A stretch of DNA of 32,000 nucleotides from Candidatus Nitrosopumilus koreensis AR1 (GTDB lineage Archaea > Thermoproteota > Nitrososphaeria > Nitrososphaerales > Nitrosopumilaceae), in NCBI RefSeq assembly GCF_000299365.1, contig NC_018655.1, positions 240,001 through 272,000 on the forward strand, in the 5' to 3' direction. The notes under the pieces were generated by a model that saw nothing but the letters and a program-made list of their open reading frames with translations, searched no databases and was not told the DNA's origin. Shown here piece by piece: positions 1 through 9,102 of the stretch. Position numbers and translations under genes: made by a program. How positions within the stretch are numbered: position 1 is the stretch's first letter; every line of letters begins with the position of its first letter.

Positions 1-423
1 TTTTCCAATTATCAAGGCTAATTCTACCTCATAATCTAACTGTGTGACAAAATCTGGACATTCGATATACGAATTATTTCCATTAAGAGCGGTTCTGGGT
101 TTTATGACAATTGCAGGATCTTCGGGTGCTGTTAATCCTTGTTCTTTTGCATGATCAACATAGTTGAATGCCAAACAAATTATTTTATTTGGATTTGGAA
201 TTGGTGCTAATAGTTTGAATTTGGAGATATTTTCTTCATAAGGCAAATCCTGTATTTTATTTTTAATTTCATCAAACCATCCGTCAAAAAGAAAATCTTT
301 TACGTTATGTGGAATTGGAACTCCTGTAAGATAAGTTATTTCATCTTTTGTTGCAACTTTATCTCCTTTAACAAATCCATATGTTTCATTATTTTCATAT
401 GACAATCGTGCTATTTTCATCAT
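1..423 (-). CDS. Fumarylacetoacetate hydrolase (FAH) family protein, N-terminal part, truncated by the window edge
   Basis: Not in the ORF track. Reverse-strand translation from CAT at 421-423 (or 418-420) gives MMKIARLSYENNETYGFVKGDKVATKDEITYLTG...KLLAPIPNPNKIICLAFNYVDHAKEQGLTAPEDPAIVIKPRTALNGNNSYIECP...LDYEVELALIIGK. This matches the FAH-family pattern (LAPIPNPxKIIC...NYxxHAxE...P...KP..a..g......P......DYEvELalIIGK). Open to the window edge. Confidence 0.88.
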   Translation of the reverse strand, partial: MMKIARLSYENNETYGFVKGDKVATKDEITYLTGVPIPHNVKDFLFDGWFDEIKNKIQDLPYEENISKFKLLAPIPNPNKIICLAFNYVDHAKEQGLTAPEDPAIVIKPRTALNGNNSYIECPDFVTQLDYEVELALIIGK

Positions 424-426
424 TAA

Positions 427-2135
427 TCACTTGTGTGTAAAAATTGCTTGATTTTGTGAATCTTTTCTACAATATCCAAATCTAACAAATTGAATTTCTT
501 CTCCTTCTTTTAATTGTAGGTACTGTGGTTCTGTATAAACGTCTAATTCTTCTAAACTTTCTTCATTAAACTCTTCACCGTTGAACAAAACTTTTGGAAT
601 AATCATTTTTATTTCATGAGCTGTTTTTTGAGGAACCCATTGAATTTTTGGCATGTTAGTTGAATCTCCTTCTCCAATAAATTCTCCTTCTAACTCATTG
701 CCTGCTTTTGTAATCTGGACATTACCTAATCCTAAAAGTCTAATTGATGTCTGTTCCTTGATTGATTCTGCATCGTCTCCAGAAATGTAAAAATCTTCAG
801 TAATTTCGATTTTTCTTTTACCCATATCATTTATTGGATGATTGGGAATCTCAACTACTGATATTGGTAAATTTTTTATTTTAATTTTTTGGCATTTTTT
901 ACCATAAACAATCTTATGCTGTCTGCATCTACAAATTTTCGATTAAATGCTTCAAGAGCATCAAATGGCGCAAGTGTATTTGCTTTTGTTAATCCTAAAG
1001 ACATGATGAATTTTCTAATTGCTTCAGGCTTGATCCCTCTTCGTCTAAGTGCCTCTAGGGTTGGGAGTCTAGGATCATCATACCATGAAACCTTGCCTTC
1101 TTCAATCAAAGGCTTGATTATCCTCTTTGATATGGGCATTCCTTTGAATTCTAGCCTGGAGAAAAAACCTTGTTGTGGTTTTCTCATGCCTAATGCATCT
1201 AAAATTGCATCAATTAGCTCTTTTCTTAGTTCAAACTCTTTTGAACGAAAAGCATGTGTCACTCCATCAATACTGTCTTCAATTGCTACTGCAAAATCGT
1301 AACTAGGCCAAATTCTATATTTGTCGCCCACGGTGTAATGCTTTTCATCTATGATTCGTAATAATACAGGATCTCTCATAACTGCATTATCTGCTTTCAT
1401 ATCACCACGGAACCTAACTATGGCTTCTCCGGGTTTGAATTTATTTTGCATCTTTTCCCAATTTTTATTGTTTTTTCCAATATCTTCCATGCTACATTTA
1501 CAGGCTTTTCGTTCTCTTCGATTCTTACTGATGTCTTCTCTTTTACAAGTACAAACATACGCCTTTCCAGAATTAAGTAACTCTATTCCCTTTTCATAAA
1601 ATAGTTCCATGTCGTCTGAAGTATTTTTTACCTGATCAAATTTTATTCCTAACCACTCTAATCCTACTTTGATTGCAGCATGATATTCCATTCTTTCAGC
1701 TTCTGGATTTGTATCGTCCATTCTAAGTATGAATTTTCCACCATACATCTTTGCATATTCTGAATTAATTATCGCAGCTTTTGCGTGTCCAATATGTGGA
1801 TATCCATTTGGTTCTGGAGGAAATCGTGTAACTACTTTTCCTTGTACCGCATCTCTTAATTCTGGTAGTCCTTCTCTTTCTTCAATTTTTTCTTTAGGTG
1901 CTAATGCTTCTGGAAATTTTTCTTCCATTTCTTTTTGTTGTTCTTCTGATGATAACTGATTAACTGATGCAACAATTTCCGATATCTCTGCTGAAATTTC
2001 TTTTACTTTTGCTCTAAACTCTGGTTTTGTTCCAAGAATTTTTCCCAAAATTATTTTATCTTGAGTGCTGCCTCCATGCTCAAATGCATTTTGAAGAGCC
2101 ATTTTTCTGATTTCTTGTTTAACTTCTTCATCCAT
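427..2135 (-). CDS. gltX: Glutamyl-tRNA synthetase (archaeal type), reading frame interrupted by an apparent -1 frameshift near 878-893
   Basis: ORF 876..2135 has the class I synthetase signature (RFPPEPNGYPHIGHAKAA) and a KMSKS-like region (FKGMPISKRIIKPL). ORF 427..825 supplies the C-terminal beta-barrel domain. The C-terminal frame is open upstream to the first ORF (...KNLPISVVEIPNHPINDMGKRKIEI...), including the HP motif expected right after the truncated ...RLFMVKNAKKLK. Confidence 0.9.
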
Positions 2136-2155
2136 TATGAACTACCTGATGATCC

Positions 2156-3136
2156 TTAGACACTTCTCTTAACTACGAAATCTAATAGTGCAATGAGTTC
2201 TGTTTTTGCTGAACCCGAGTATTTTGATAGTGATTTTTCTGCTTTTTTAGCGTATTTTAGTGCCTGTTTTCGAACATTTTCTTCTATGCCAAGTGAACGA
2301 ATCACATCTACTGCTTTGTTTAGGTCATTTCTTGAAATTTTGGGATTTCCAAATGCCTTTAAAATAATTTTTTTGTCTTTACCTTTTGCAATCTTTATTG
2401 CCATTAAGATTGGAAGTGATTTTTTCCCTTCTCGAAGATCGTTTCCTACTGGTTTTTTTGTAATTTTAGGATCTCCCATAACTCCAATTAAGTCATCAGT
2501 TATTTGAAATGCAATTCCTAGATTTCTTCCAAATGAAGAAAGATTTGAAATGTCTTTATCTTTATTTGTTGCACATATTGCTCCCATTGCACATGATACA
2601 TCAAACAATGCTGCTGTTTTCTTTCCAATCATTGTAATGTATTGTGATTGTGTCGGAATTTTCTTCTCTTCAGCCATTTTAACATCAAGTAATTGTCCTT
2701 CACAAACATCTACACATGCTTGTGCAAGTCTTGAGATAAGATGTGTTGTTGCAATAGGTGATAATTTTGTATTTGAAATAATCTGATATGCTTTTGAAAA
2801 TAATACGTCTCCTGCAAGAATTGCAATTGGCATGCCATATTTTCTATGTGTGGTTGGAACCCCGTGACGCATTTCATCATTATCCATAATGTCATCGTGA
2901 ACTAAAGTAAAATTATGAACCATTTCCACTGCACTGGCAGCTGGCATTGCATTGACAGCATTTCCCCCTAAAATTTGACAGCTTCTAATTACCATATATG
3001 GCCTGAGTCTTTTCCCACCGTGAATAATCAGATGACTTGCAGCATCATAGAGTTTTTTTGGATTTCCTTTTAATTTTGATTTAAGAAACTTGTTTACAGT
3101 TTTTGCATTTTTTTCAATTTGATTAGTATTTTTCAT
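2156..3136 (-). CDS. idsA: Polyprenyl synthetase / geranylgeranyl (farnesyl) diphosphate synthase
   Basis: 326 aa; first Asp-rich motif LVHDDIMDND, second LGIAFQITDDLIG, and GGKRLRP near the N-terminus. Confidence 0.9.
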   Translation of the reverse strand: MKNTNQIEKNAKTVNKFLKSKLKGNPKKLYDAASHLIIHGGKRLRPYMVIRSCQILGGNAVNAMPAASAVEMVHNFTLVHDDIMDNDEMRHGVPTTHRKYGMPIAILAGDVLFSKAYQIISNTKLSPIATTHLISRLAQACVDVCEGQLLDVKMAEEKKIPTQSQYITMIGKKTAALFDVSCAMGAICATNKDKDISNLSSFGRNLGIAFQITDDLIGVMGDPKITKKPVGNDLREGKKSLPILMAIKIAKGKDKKIILKAFGNPKISRNDLNKAVDVIRSLGIEENVRKQALKYAKKAEKSLSKYSGSAKTELIALLDFVVKRSV

Positions 3137-3773
3137 TTACTAATCTCCATTTTTCTTGTGGCAAATGTGTTTTGATTGCAACCTGTAACCCCTCATGAAC
3201 ATCGCTGGTCATCCATGTAGATAATACATTTGCGTGTTTTTCAAGCATGGCTTTATCAGATTTATCAAGTAATTCTAATGCAATGAGCATCCATGGACAA
3301 TAAATTTGAGGATTTGTTTTAATTTCTAACAGTAACTCACTGGCTGAAATCCATTTAATTTCGTCTATTTCTCCTTCAATTTCTTTCAATTCTGTAGATT
3401 TGTCTATTATTCCAATCAATGTTCCACAAATTTCATTTTCTGAACCTACATCTTTGTAAGGTACATGATATTCAAATTTATGTAAATAATCTAATTTTCC
3501 TTCAATCCCTAATTCTTCAGGCATTCTTCTTTCTCCTGATGAAACATATGTTTCTGATTCTCTAGGATGACTTGCAAATGTACCATCCCAATCTCCTGGC
3601 CATAACATTTTCTCTTTTGCTCTTCTTGTTAGAATTAATCTTCCATTTTCATCAAACAACAATGCAGTAAATGCTCTATGGAGTTTTCCATTAGGTAAAT
3701 GACATTTTACTTTTTCTTCTTTTCCAATTGGATTATCATTTTCATCAACTAAGATAACAAATTCTTCAGTCAT
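3123..3773 (-). CDS. idi: Isopentenyl-diphosphate delta-isomerase (Nudix type)
   Basis: LHRAFTALLFDENGRLILTRRAKEKMLWPGDWDGTFASHPR...ERRMPEELGI: type I IDI/Nudix motifs. Neighbours are isoprenoid genes. Confidence 0.88.
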   Translation of the reverse strand: MTEEFVILVDENDNPIGKEEKVKCHLPNGKLHRAFTALLFDENGRLILTRRAKEKMLWPGDWDGTFASHPRESETYVSSGERRMPEELGIEGKLDYLHKFEYHVPYKDVGSENEICGTLIGIIDKSTELKEIEGEIDEIKWISASELLLEIKTNPQIYCPWMLIALELLDKSDKAMLEKHANVLSTWMTSDVHEGLQVAIKTHLPQEKWRLVNEKY

Positions 3774-4525
3774 TATTTTCCTCTAAACAACGTTCCTTCA
3801 AATTTCCTATTTTTAACCGCTTTCACGATTCTTTCAGGTTTGTTCCCGTTAACAAAAAATACATTCATCCCCATTTTTGAAATTTTTGACGCTTCTTCTA
3901 TTTTTCTAGTCATTCCACCAGTTACATCCATTTTATTTTCAGATATTGATGGATGTTCTCCTTTTAATTCATGAATTAATTTTTTAGATTTTAGATCAGA
4001 GTATACTCCATCTTCATTTAAAGCAAAAATACAAATCTTGGGTTTTAGAATTTTTGCAAAATGTGTCATTATTTTGTCTCCTGATAAAATGAATGTCTTG
4101 TTTTGTCCATACCATAATGCATCACCAAAAGTGACTGGAACCAAGCCTGATTTTGCTATTTTTTCAATTTCTTTTACCTTTTTTGTTATTGGTTTATTTC
4201 CTATCATAAAATCTGTTGGTGGGAGACAATATGGATTTAATTTATTTTTTAGAAATGAATCTAAAATTATTTTGTTTAGTTCTATCATGGAGTTTTTTAC
4301 AATTGCAACTCCTTTCAAATCATATTTTCTTTCTTTAGTATGCATATTATATTTGACAGACCAATAATGTCCATACGAACCTCCTCCATGAACAATCACT
4401 ATTGGTTCTTTAATCTTTTTTAGACTCTTTGCAAGATTATCAATTGTTTTTCTTCTTGGTGATAGTGGTTTGTCTTTGTTTGTGATAATTGATCCACCTA
4501 ATTTTATGAGAATCATGCTGTTCAA
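3773..4525 (-). CDS. Isopentenyl phosphate kinase (amino acid kinase fold)
   Basis: LIKLGGSIITNKDKPLS, VIVHGGGSYGHYWS and DVTGGMTRKIEEA motifs. Located between idi and mevalonate kinase. Confidence 0.88.
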   Translation of the reverse strand: MNSMILIKLGGSIITNKDKPLSPRRKTIDNLAKSLKKIKEPIVIVHGGGSYGHYWSVKYNMHTKERKYDLKGVAIVKNSMIELNKIILDSFLKNKLNPYCLPPTDFMIGNKPITKKVKEIEKIAKSGLVPVTFGDALWYGQNKTFILSGDKIMTHFAKILKPKICIFALNEDGVYSDLKSKKLIHELKGEHPSISENKMDVTGGMTRKIEEASKISKMGMNVFFVNGNKPERIVKAVKNRKFEGTLFRGK

Positions 4526-4539
4526 AATTATCTATATAA

Positions 4540-5481
4540 TTAAAAAGTATCCAGTCCTTTGAAATCAATTTTTACAGAAAAGCATTCGTAATTTTTATTC
4601 TTAAATTCTCTAATCGTATTTTCTACATTAGATTCATCTGTAAGAGCAAAAATACATCCTCCGCCTCCTGCACCTGTAATTTTTGCTCCAAACGATGTTT
4701 CATATCCAATTTGAATCATTTTTCTAAGTTTATCATTTGAAACTCCAATAGTCTCTAGATATTCTTGATTTTGAATTATTTTTTGCCCCAATTCCGTAAT
4801 GTTGTTTTCTTTTAGTAATTCTAACACATTTTCAATAAGTAGCGATTCGTCTTCACATAATTTTGAAAATTCTTTCTCATTCCTTTCTTTGAATTTACTT
4901 ACTTCTTTAACAACACTTTCTGTTGAATGCTCTACATTTGAATTTGCTATTACGAGATGAAAATTAGGCTCAGATCCTATCTTTGTGAATCCCTTTCTCT
5001 TATCATACTCCATTAAACCTCCAAATGTACAAACAGTACAATCTGCTCCTGATGTATTTTGAAAAATTGTCTTTTCAGCTTCTATTGCTAGTTTTAAGAT
5101 TTCATCTTTTGAAACATTTCCAAATAATTTTGAAATTGCAGCTGCTCCTGCTACACAACATGCAGATGATGAACCTAGACCTACTCCCAATGGAATTTCA
5201 GATTCTACACTAATTTTAATTCCAGAATTTTTATTTTGAATTACTTTGTTTGCCAAATAATAAAATGGTTTTAGTGGGGAATTAATTTCTGAAATTGGTT
5301 TGTTTGGTTCTAATTCAAGTTCTCCTATGTTGGATTTGATTGAAATCTTTCTTTCACTAGTATCCTCTGCAATAACTGTAATTCTTTTATCAATTGCACA
5401 AAGAATTGCTTTTACTCCATACACAACAAAATGTTCTCCGAAAAGAATAACTTTTCCTGGAGCAGATGCTTTGGATTTCAA
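4540..5481 (-). CDS. mvk: Mevalonate kinase (GHMP kinase)
   Basis: SAPGKVILFGEHFVVYG, PLGVGLGSSSACCVAGAAA and ITGAGGGGCIFAL motifs. Confidence 0.9.
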   Translation of the reverse strand: MKSKASAPGKVILFGEHFVVYGVKAILCAIDKRITVIAEDTSERKISIKSNIGELELEPNKPISEINSPLKPFYYLANKVIQNKNSGIKISVESEIPLGVGLGSSSACCVAGAAAISKLFGNVSKDEILKLAIEAEKTIFQNTSGADCTVCTFGGLMEYDKRKGFTKIGSEPNFHLVIANSNVEHSTESVVKEVSKFKERNEKEFSKLCEDESLLIENVLELLKENNITELGQKIIQNQEYLETIGVSNDKLRKMIQIGYETSFGAKITGAGGGGCIFALTDESNVENTIREFKNKNYECFSVKIDFKGLDTF

Positions 5482-5507
5482 GTAAACACTTTAGGATTCT
5501 GATTTAT

Positions 5508-6131
5508 TTATTCGATTTCCTCTTCGGTAATCTTTGTTTCAAAATCATCTATCTCAACACTCATAGAGTCTTCTTCTTTTAACTCTCCTTTTTCAATGAG
5601 AATTTGACGTACCAACAACCAGTATACTGTAGCTAATGCTTTTCTTCCTCTATTATTTGCTGGAATAATTACATCAAGATTTGATGTAATGTTATCTGTA
5701 TTTGCAATTCCTATTACTGGAATACCTGCATTAGTTGCCTCAGTTATTGCTTGTTCATCAACTTGAGGATCTGAAATCAATACTAATTTTGGTTCAATGT
5801 AATATGGTAATGATGGATTCGTTAATGTACCTGGCATGAATCTTCCAAGTAATTTCTTTGAACCTAATGTGTCACAGAATTTTTCAATTGGTGTTTCTGC
5901 ATATTGTCTGCCTGAACAAACAATAAGATTCTCCACGCCTAACCTGTTGATGAATTTGGCTGCAGTTTTGATCTTTTCTAATGTGATGTCCAAATCAAGC
6001 ATGTAGAGCCCTTCTGGACTGGCTTTAGTGATGAATGACCTCATAAATTTTGTCTTAACTTGAGTACCTACTCTAATTCCTGTAGATAGGATCTTTTTCT
6101 TGATATCTGTCGTTTCGGCTTGTTGGCTCAT
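5508..6131 (-). CDS. rps2: 30S ribosomal protein S2
   Basis: 207 aa; FMRSFITKASPEGLYMLDLDITLEKIKTAAKFI...GRFMPGTLTNPSLPYYIEPKLVLISDPQVDEQAITEATNAGIPVIGIANTDN, archaeal S2. Confidence 0.93.
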   Translation of the reverse strand: MSQQAETTDIKKKILSTGIRVGTQVKTKFMRSFITKASPEGLYMLDLDITLEKIKTAAKFINRLGVENLIVCSGRQYAETPIEKFCDTLGSKKLLGRFMPGTLTNPSLPYYIEPKLVLISDPQVDEQAITEATNAGIPVIGIANTDNITSNLDVIIPANNRGRKALATVYWLLVRQILIEKGELKEEDSMSVEIDDFETKITEEEIE

Positions 6132-6138
6132 AGCGATT

Positions 6139-7377
6139 TTAAACCTCTGCCATACCGCGTATTAAATCATGCTCTGATAGGCGTAATAATTCATTTAATT
6201 TTGCTACTCTTTCTCCTCCTACAACGCCAACTTTGAGCATTTTTGACTTTGTTGCAAGACCAATATGGGAAATCTGTGAATCAGTAGATTCACCTGATCT
6301 ATGTGATGTGATTAACCTAATGTTATTTTTATTTGCTAGATTTGCAAATTCTAGAGCATCATAAAGACTTCCTGCTTGGTTAACCTTCAGAATTGCTGCA
6401 TTGCACGATTTCATGTTAATAGCTTTTGAAAGGATTTCTTTGTTTGTAACTGTCAAATCATCACCTGTGATCAAAGTATTTGGAAATTTTGCTGTTAATT
6501 CTGCCATGTCTTCAAATGCTTCTTCATGAACTGCATCTTCTGCATAAATTAATTTGAATTTTTCAATAATATCTGCAGCAAAATCAATTTGTTCAGATGA
6601 TGTGTTTTCAAACCCTGCTCTATCATACACATACTTTGATTTTTCTTCATTCCACTGTGTTGACGATGCAAAGTCTACTCCTAACGATACTTCTTTTCCT
6701 AAAGTGAATCCCAAATTTTCACAAGCCATTGCAGAAACCTCTAATGCTTTTTGATTTTCTAGTTTTGGTGCCCATCCACCTTCATCTCCTCTACCGTTTG
6801 TAAAACTAGGATCTTCTTTTTCTAAAACACTACGCAACTCCTTATGTACTGCTAAGTTAGTTTCAATTGCTTCTTGGATAGTTTTTGCACCTGTTGCACA
6901 AATCAAAATTTCTTGAATGTCTGGTGTGCCGGGTCCTGCATGTGCACCACCTCCTAAAATATTTCCCAAGGGGAATGGAAATTTGAATGATGATTCATTT
7001 GATAGTGTCTTAAACAGTGGTTGTTCAAGTGCCTTTGATGCTGATTCCATAGATGCAATTGTTACTGCAAAAGCAAGTGCTCCTCCAATTCCTGAATAGT
7101 TAGATGAGTTATCAAAACTTTTCAGCGTATCATGAATTCCTTTTAGATCCGATGATTCTAATCCTATAAATTTTTGAGAATTTTCTTTTAAAATTTGAAG
7201 ACTTTCTTCAGGTTTCCCATTACGGAAACTAACTGCTTCATATTTTCCTACACTCGCACCAGATGGAGCACAAACTCTTCCTAAAAATTTACCATCTGAT
7301 TCTACATCAACTTCAATTGTTTTACTTCCTCTACTGTTGTATAGAATACGTCCTTCAATTGAAGTGATCTTGGCCAA
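6139..7377 (-). CDS. eno: Enolase
   Basis: 412 aa; ILYNSRGSKTIEVDV, GDEGGWAP and TGDDLTVTN...ILKVNQAGSL...SHRSGESTDSQISHIG. Confidence 0.95.
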   Translation of the reverse strand: MAKITSIEGRILYNSRGSKTIEVDVESDGKFLGRVCAPSGASVGKYEAVSFRNGKPEESLQILKENSQKFIGLESSDLKGIHDTLKSFDNSSNYSGIGGALAFAVTIASMESASKALEQPLFKTLSNESSFKFPFPLGNILGGGAHAGPGTPDIQEILICATGAKTIQEAIETNLAVHKELRSVLEKEDPSFTNGRGDEGGWAPKLENQKALEVSAMACENLGFTLGKEVSLGVDFASSTQWNEEKSKYVYDRAGFENTSSEQIDFAADIIEKFKLIYAEDAVHEEAFEDMAELTAKFPNTLITGDDLTVTNKEILSKAINMKSCNAAILKVNQAGSLYDALEFANLANKNNIRLITSHRSGESTDSQISHIGLATKSKMLKVGVVGGERVAKLNELLRLSEHDLIRGMAEV

Positions 7378-7378
7378 A

Positions 7379-7615
7379 TTATTCTAACTCAGATTGAACT
7401 TCTTGTTTTCTTCTCTGAATTGCCTCGTAGAAAGGAATTACTTGTTGAATTGTTTCAACAGTGGTCAATAACATCCTTCTACAACAATATCTCTCTACTC
7501 CCACAGAATCTAGAGTTTTCTCTGGATCTTCCCCAGCTTTGATTTTATTTTGATAATCGTCATATTTATCGGCAATTAGATTTCCACATGTAAAACATCT
7601 GACAGGAATTAACAT
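7379..7615 (-). CDS. rpoN: DNA-directed RNA polymerase subunit N (RpoN/Rpb10)
   Basis: MLIPVRCFTCGNLIADKY...VERYCCRRMLLTTVE. The ORF track starts at 7651, but the internal Met at 7613-7615 begins the conserved MLIPVRCFTCG, so the 12-residue extension is probably not coding. Confidence 0.93.
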   Translation of the reverse strand: MLIPVRCFTCGNLIADKYDDYQNKIKAGEDPEKTLDSVGVERYCCRRMLLTTVETIQQVIPFYEAIQRRKQEVQSELE

Positions 7616-7638
7616 ACGAACGAAAAAGTAATCAAGGA

Positions 7639-7647
7639 TTATAAAAA
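7639..7647. promoter_or_regulatory. Shared/bidirectional TATA-like box between rpoN and tRNA-Leu
   Basis: TTATAAAAA at 7639-7647 is about 25 bp upstream of the tRNA 5' end (7668, + strand) and about 28 bp upstream of the rpoN ATG (7615, - strand). Both distances suit an archaeal TATA box. Confidence 0.5.
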
Positions 7648-7667
7648 CCATGCATGAAAATTTCTTT

Positions 7668-7752
7668 GCGGGCGTCGCCCAGCCTGGCCAAAGGCGCTAG
7701 CTTGAGGGGCTAGTCTCTCAGGAGTTCGTGGGTTCAAATCCCATCGCCCGCA
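7668..7752 (+). tRNA. tRNA-Leu, anticodon GAG
   Basis: Acceptor GCGGGCG pairs with CGCCCGC, discriminator A. Anticodon stem CTAGC/GCTAG with loop TTGAGGG gives anticodon GAG. Long type II variable arm (TCTCTCAGGAGTTC). T-arm GTGGG-TTCAAAT-CCCAT. No encoded CCA. Confidence 0.93.
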
Positions 7753-7766
7753 TACAAATTTAAAAA

Positions 7767-8381
7767 TTATTTCTCTAATTTTTGTAAGGTTTTGATTAGT
7801 TCCATTCGTCTCTTTTCTTCTGTAATTATAGCTCTGACATCATCAACTAAAATTCTATTTACATCAATTTTTCTTCTAGCTTCTTTTACAACTTTATCGT
7901 ACATTGAAAAAGTATAAAGTTGGAGATACAAATTTTCCATTATTTCAAAAACTCTTGTGGCTTCTTCAATATCATTAATTCTAATCTTATCAAACACTCT
8001 TCTTTTTAATTCCCCAATACAATCTAGTAGTCCTAAAACATATGATTCAGGCATTACTGATAATTTTTTATCTGATGGAATGTCTTTTTTCTCCACAATT
8101 GCGATTAGACATGCTGCTTCTACAAATTCTTGTTCTGGTGTTATTAGATATCTTCTCAGATCTCCTGTAGCTTTTTTCTTATATTTTCTTAAGAGTGATT
8201 CTGCTTTTTTCAGATTATTTTTGCCTGTCTTTATGTCATTTTTATGGACAGCAATAATTGCTCTACTGCAAAGAACAACCACTTCTCTAGTGTTTTTTAA
8301 TAAAAATTCTCTTGAATCTTGAGCATCTTCTAAAGTTTTTGAAATTTTATTTAATGATGGCTTTACATTTTTTAGTGTCAT
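7767..8381 (-). CDS. Translin-family protein
   Basis: 204 aa all-helical protein: DAQDSREFLLKNTREVVVLCSRAI...EQEFVEAACL...YVLGLLDCIGELKRRVFDKI...IMENLYLQLYTFSMYD, an archaeal translin-like pattern. Confidence 0.75.
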   Translation of the reverse strand: MTLKNVKPSLNKISKTLEDAQDSREFLLKNTREVVVLCSRAIIAVHKNDIKTGKNNLKKAESLLRKYKKKATGDLRRYLITPEQEFVEAACLIAIVEKKDIPSDKKLSVMPESYVLGLLDCIGELKRRVFDKIRINDIEEATRVFEIMENLYLQLYTFSMYDKVVKEARRKIDVNRILVDDVRAIITEEKRRMELIKTLQKLEK

Positions 8382-8454
8382 GTTAGATATTCATAATAAC
8401 CCGGATAAAGCCGTTTTCTAAACTCTTATTTTGGATATGCTTTTCACGTAAATT

Positions 8455-9102
8455 ATGGAAATTACTGTTGAACAAATGTACAATATTGAAAATAAAGGTC
8501 ATGATATGGGATTTTTAAAAAAATTCATGATGGAAAATGCAGGTGCTGCTGCAGTAAAAAAATTAGTTGAAAAACTTGGAAACGTAGAATCAAAAAATAT
8601 TTTGATTTTTGTAGGGATGGGAAATAATGGGGGTGATGGATTAGTTATGGCCCGACATCTTGCCGGGTATGGCGCTAAAGTTACTGTCATGTTACTTGGA
8701 ACTCCTGAAAACATCAAAACTGAAGAAAGTAATTGGAACTGGTCTATTTTGGAGAAAATGCCCTCTGTGAAATTAATGACTGGTGGTACAATTGATTTTA
8801 ATTTTAAACCTGATGTTATTGTTGATGGAATTTTAGGAACTGGGATTTCTGGAGAAATTAGGGAACCATATGCATCTGCAATCAACTACATTAATCAAAC
8901 AAATTGTTACAAGTTTGCAGTAGATGTTCCTTCTGGCCTAGATCCTCAGACAGGTGAAACTGCCAATATTTACACAAAATGTGATATGACTGTAACATTT
9001 CACAAAATGAAACAGGGAATTCCAAAAAGACCCGACTTGACAGGTGAATTGTTTGCAGAAAAAATAGGTATTCCTCCTGAAGCAGAGGAGGGAATTCTAT
9101 GA
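8455..9102 (+). CDS. nnrE: NAD(P)H-hydrate epimerase (YjeF N-terminal domain)
   Basis: MENAGAAAVK, FVGMGNNGGDGLVMARHLAGYGAKVTV, VDGILGTGISG and VDVPSGLDPQTGE. Confidence 0.85.
   Translation: MEITVEQMYNIENKGHDMGFLKKFMMENAGAAAVKKLVEKLGNVESKNILIFVGMGNNGGDGLVMARHLAGYGAKVTVMLLGTPENIKTEESNWNWSILEKMPSVKLMTGGTIDFNFKPDVIVDGILGTGISGEIREPYASAINYINQTNCYKFAVDVPSGLDPQTGETANIYTKCDMTVTFHKMKQGIPKRPDLTGELFAEKIGIPPEAEEGIL

Noticed and set aside
427-825. Taking ORF 427..825 as a separate small protein
   Set aside because: It is the C-terminal domain of gltX in the -1 frame, and that frame stays open upstream to the truncation point.
889-1302. 137-aa plus-strand ORF over gltX, and other antisense ORFs (e.g. 4038..4367, 7957..8322, 11219..11560, 26030..26539)
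   Set aside because: These are shadows of strongly supported minus-strand or plus-strand genes and have Ser/Ile/Phe-rich, non-protein-like composition.
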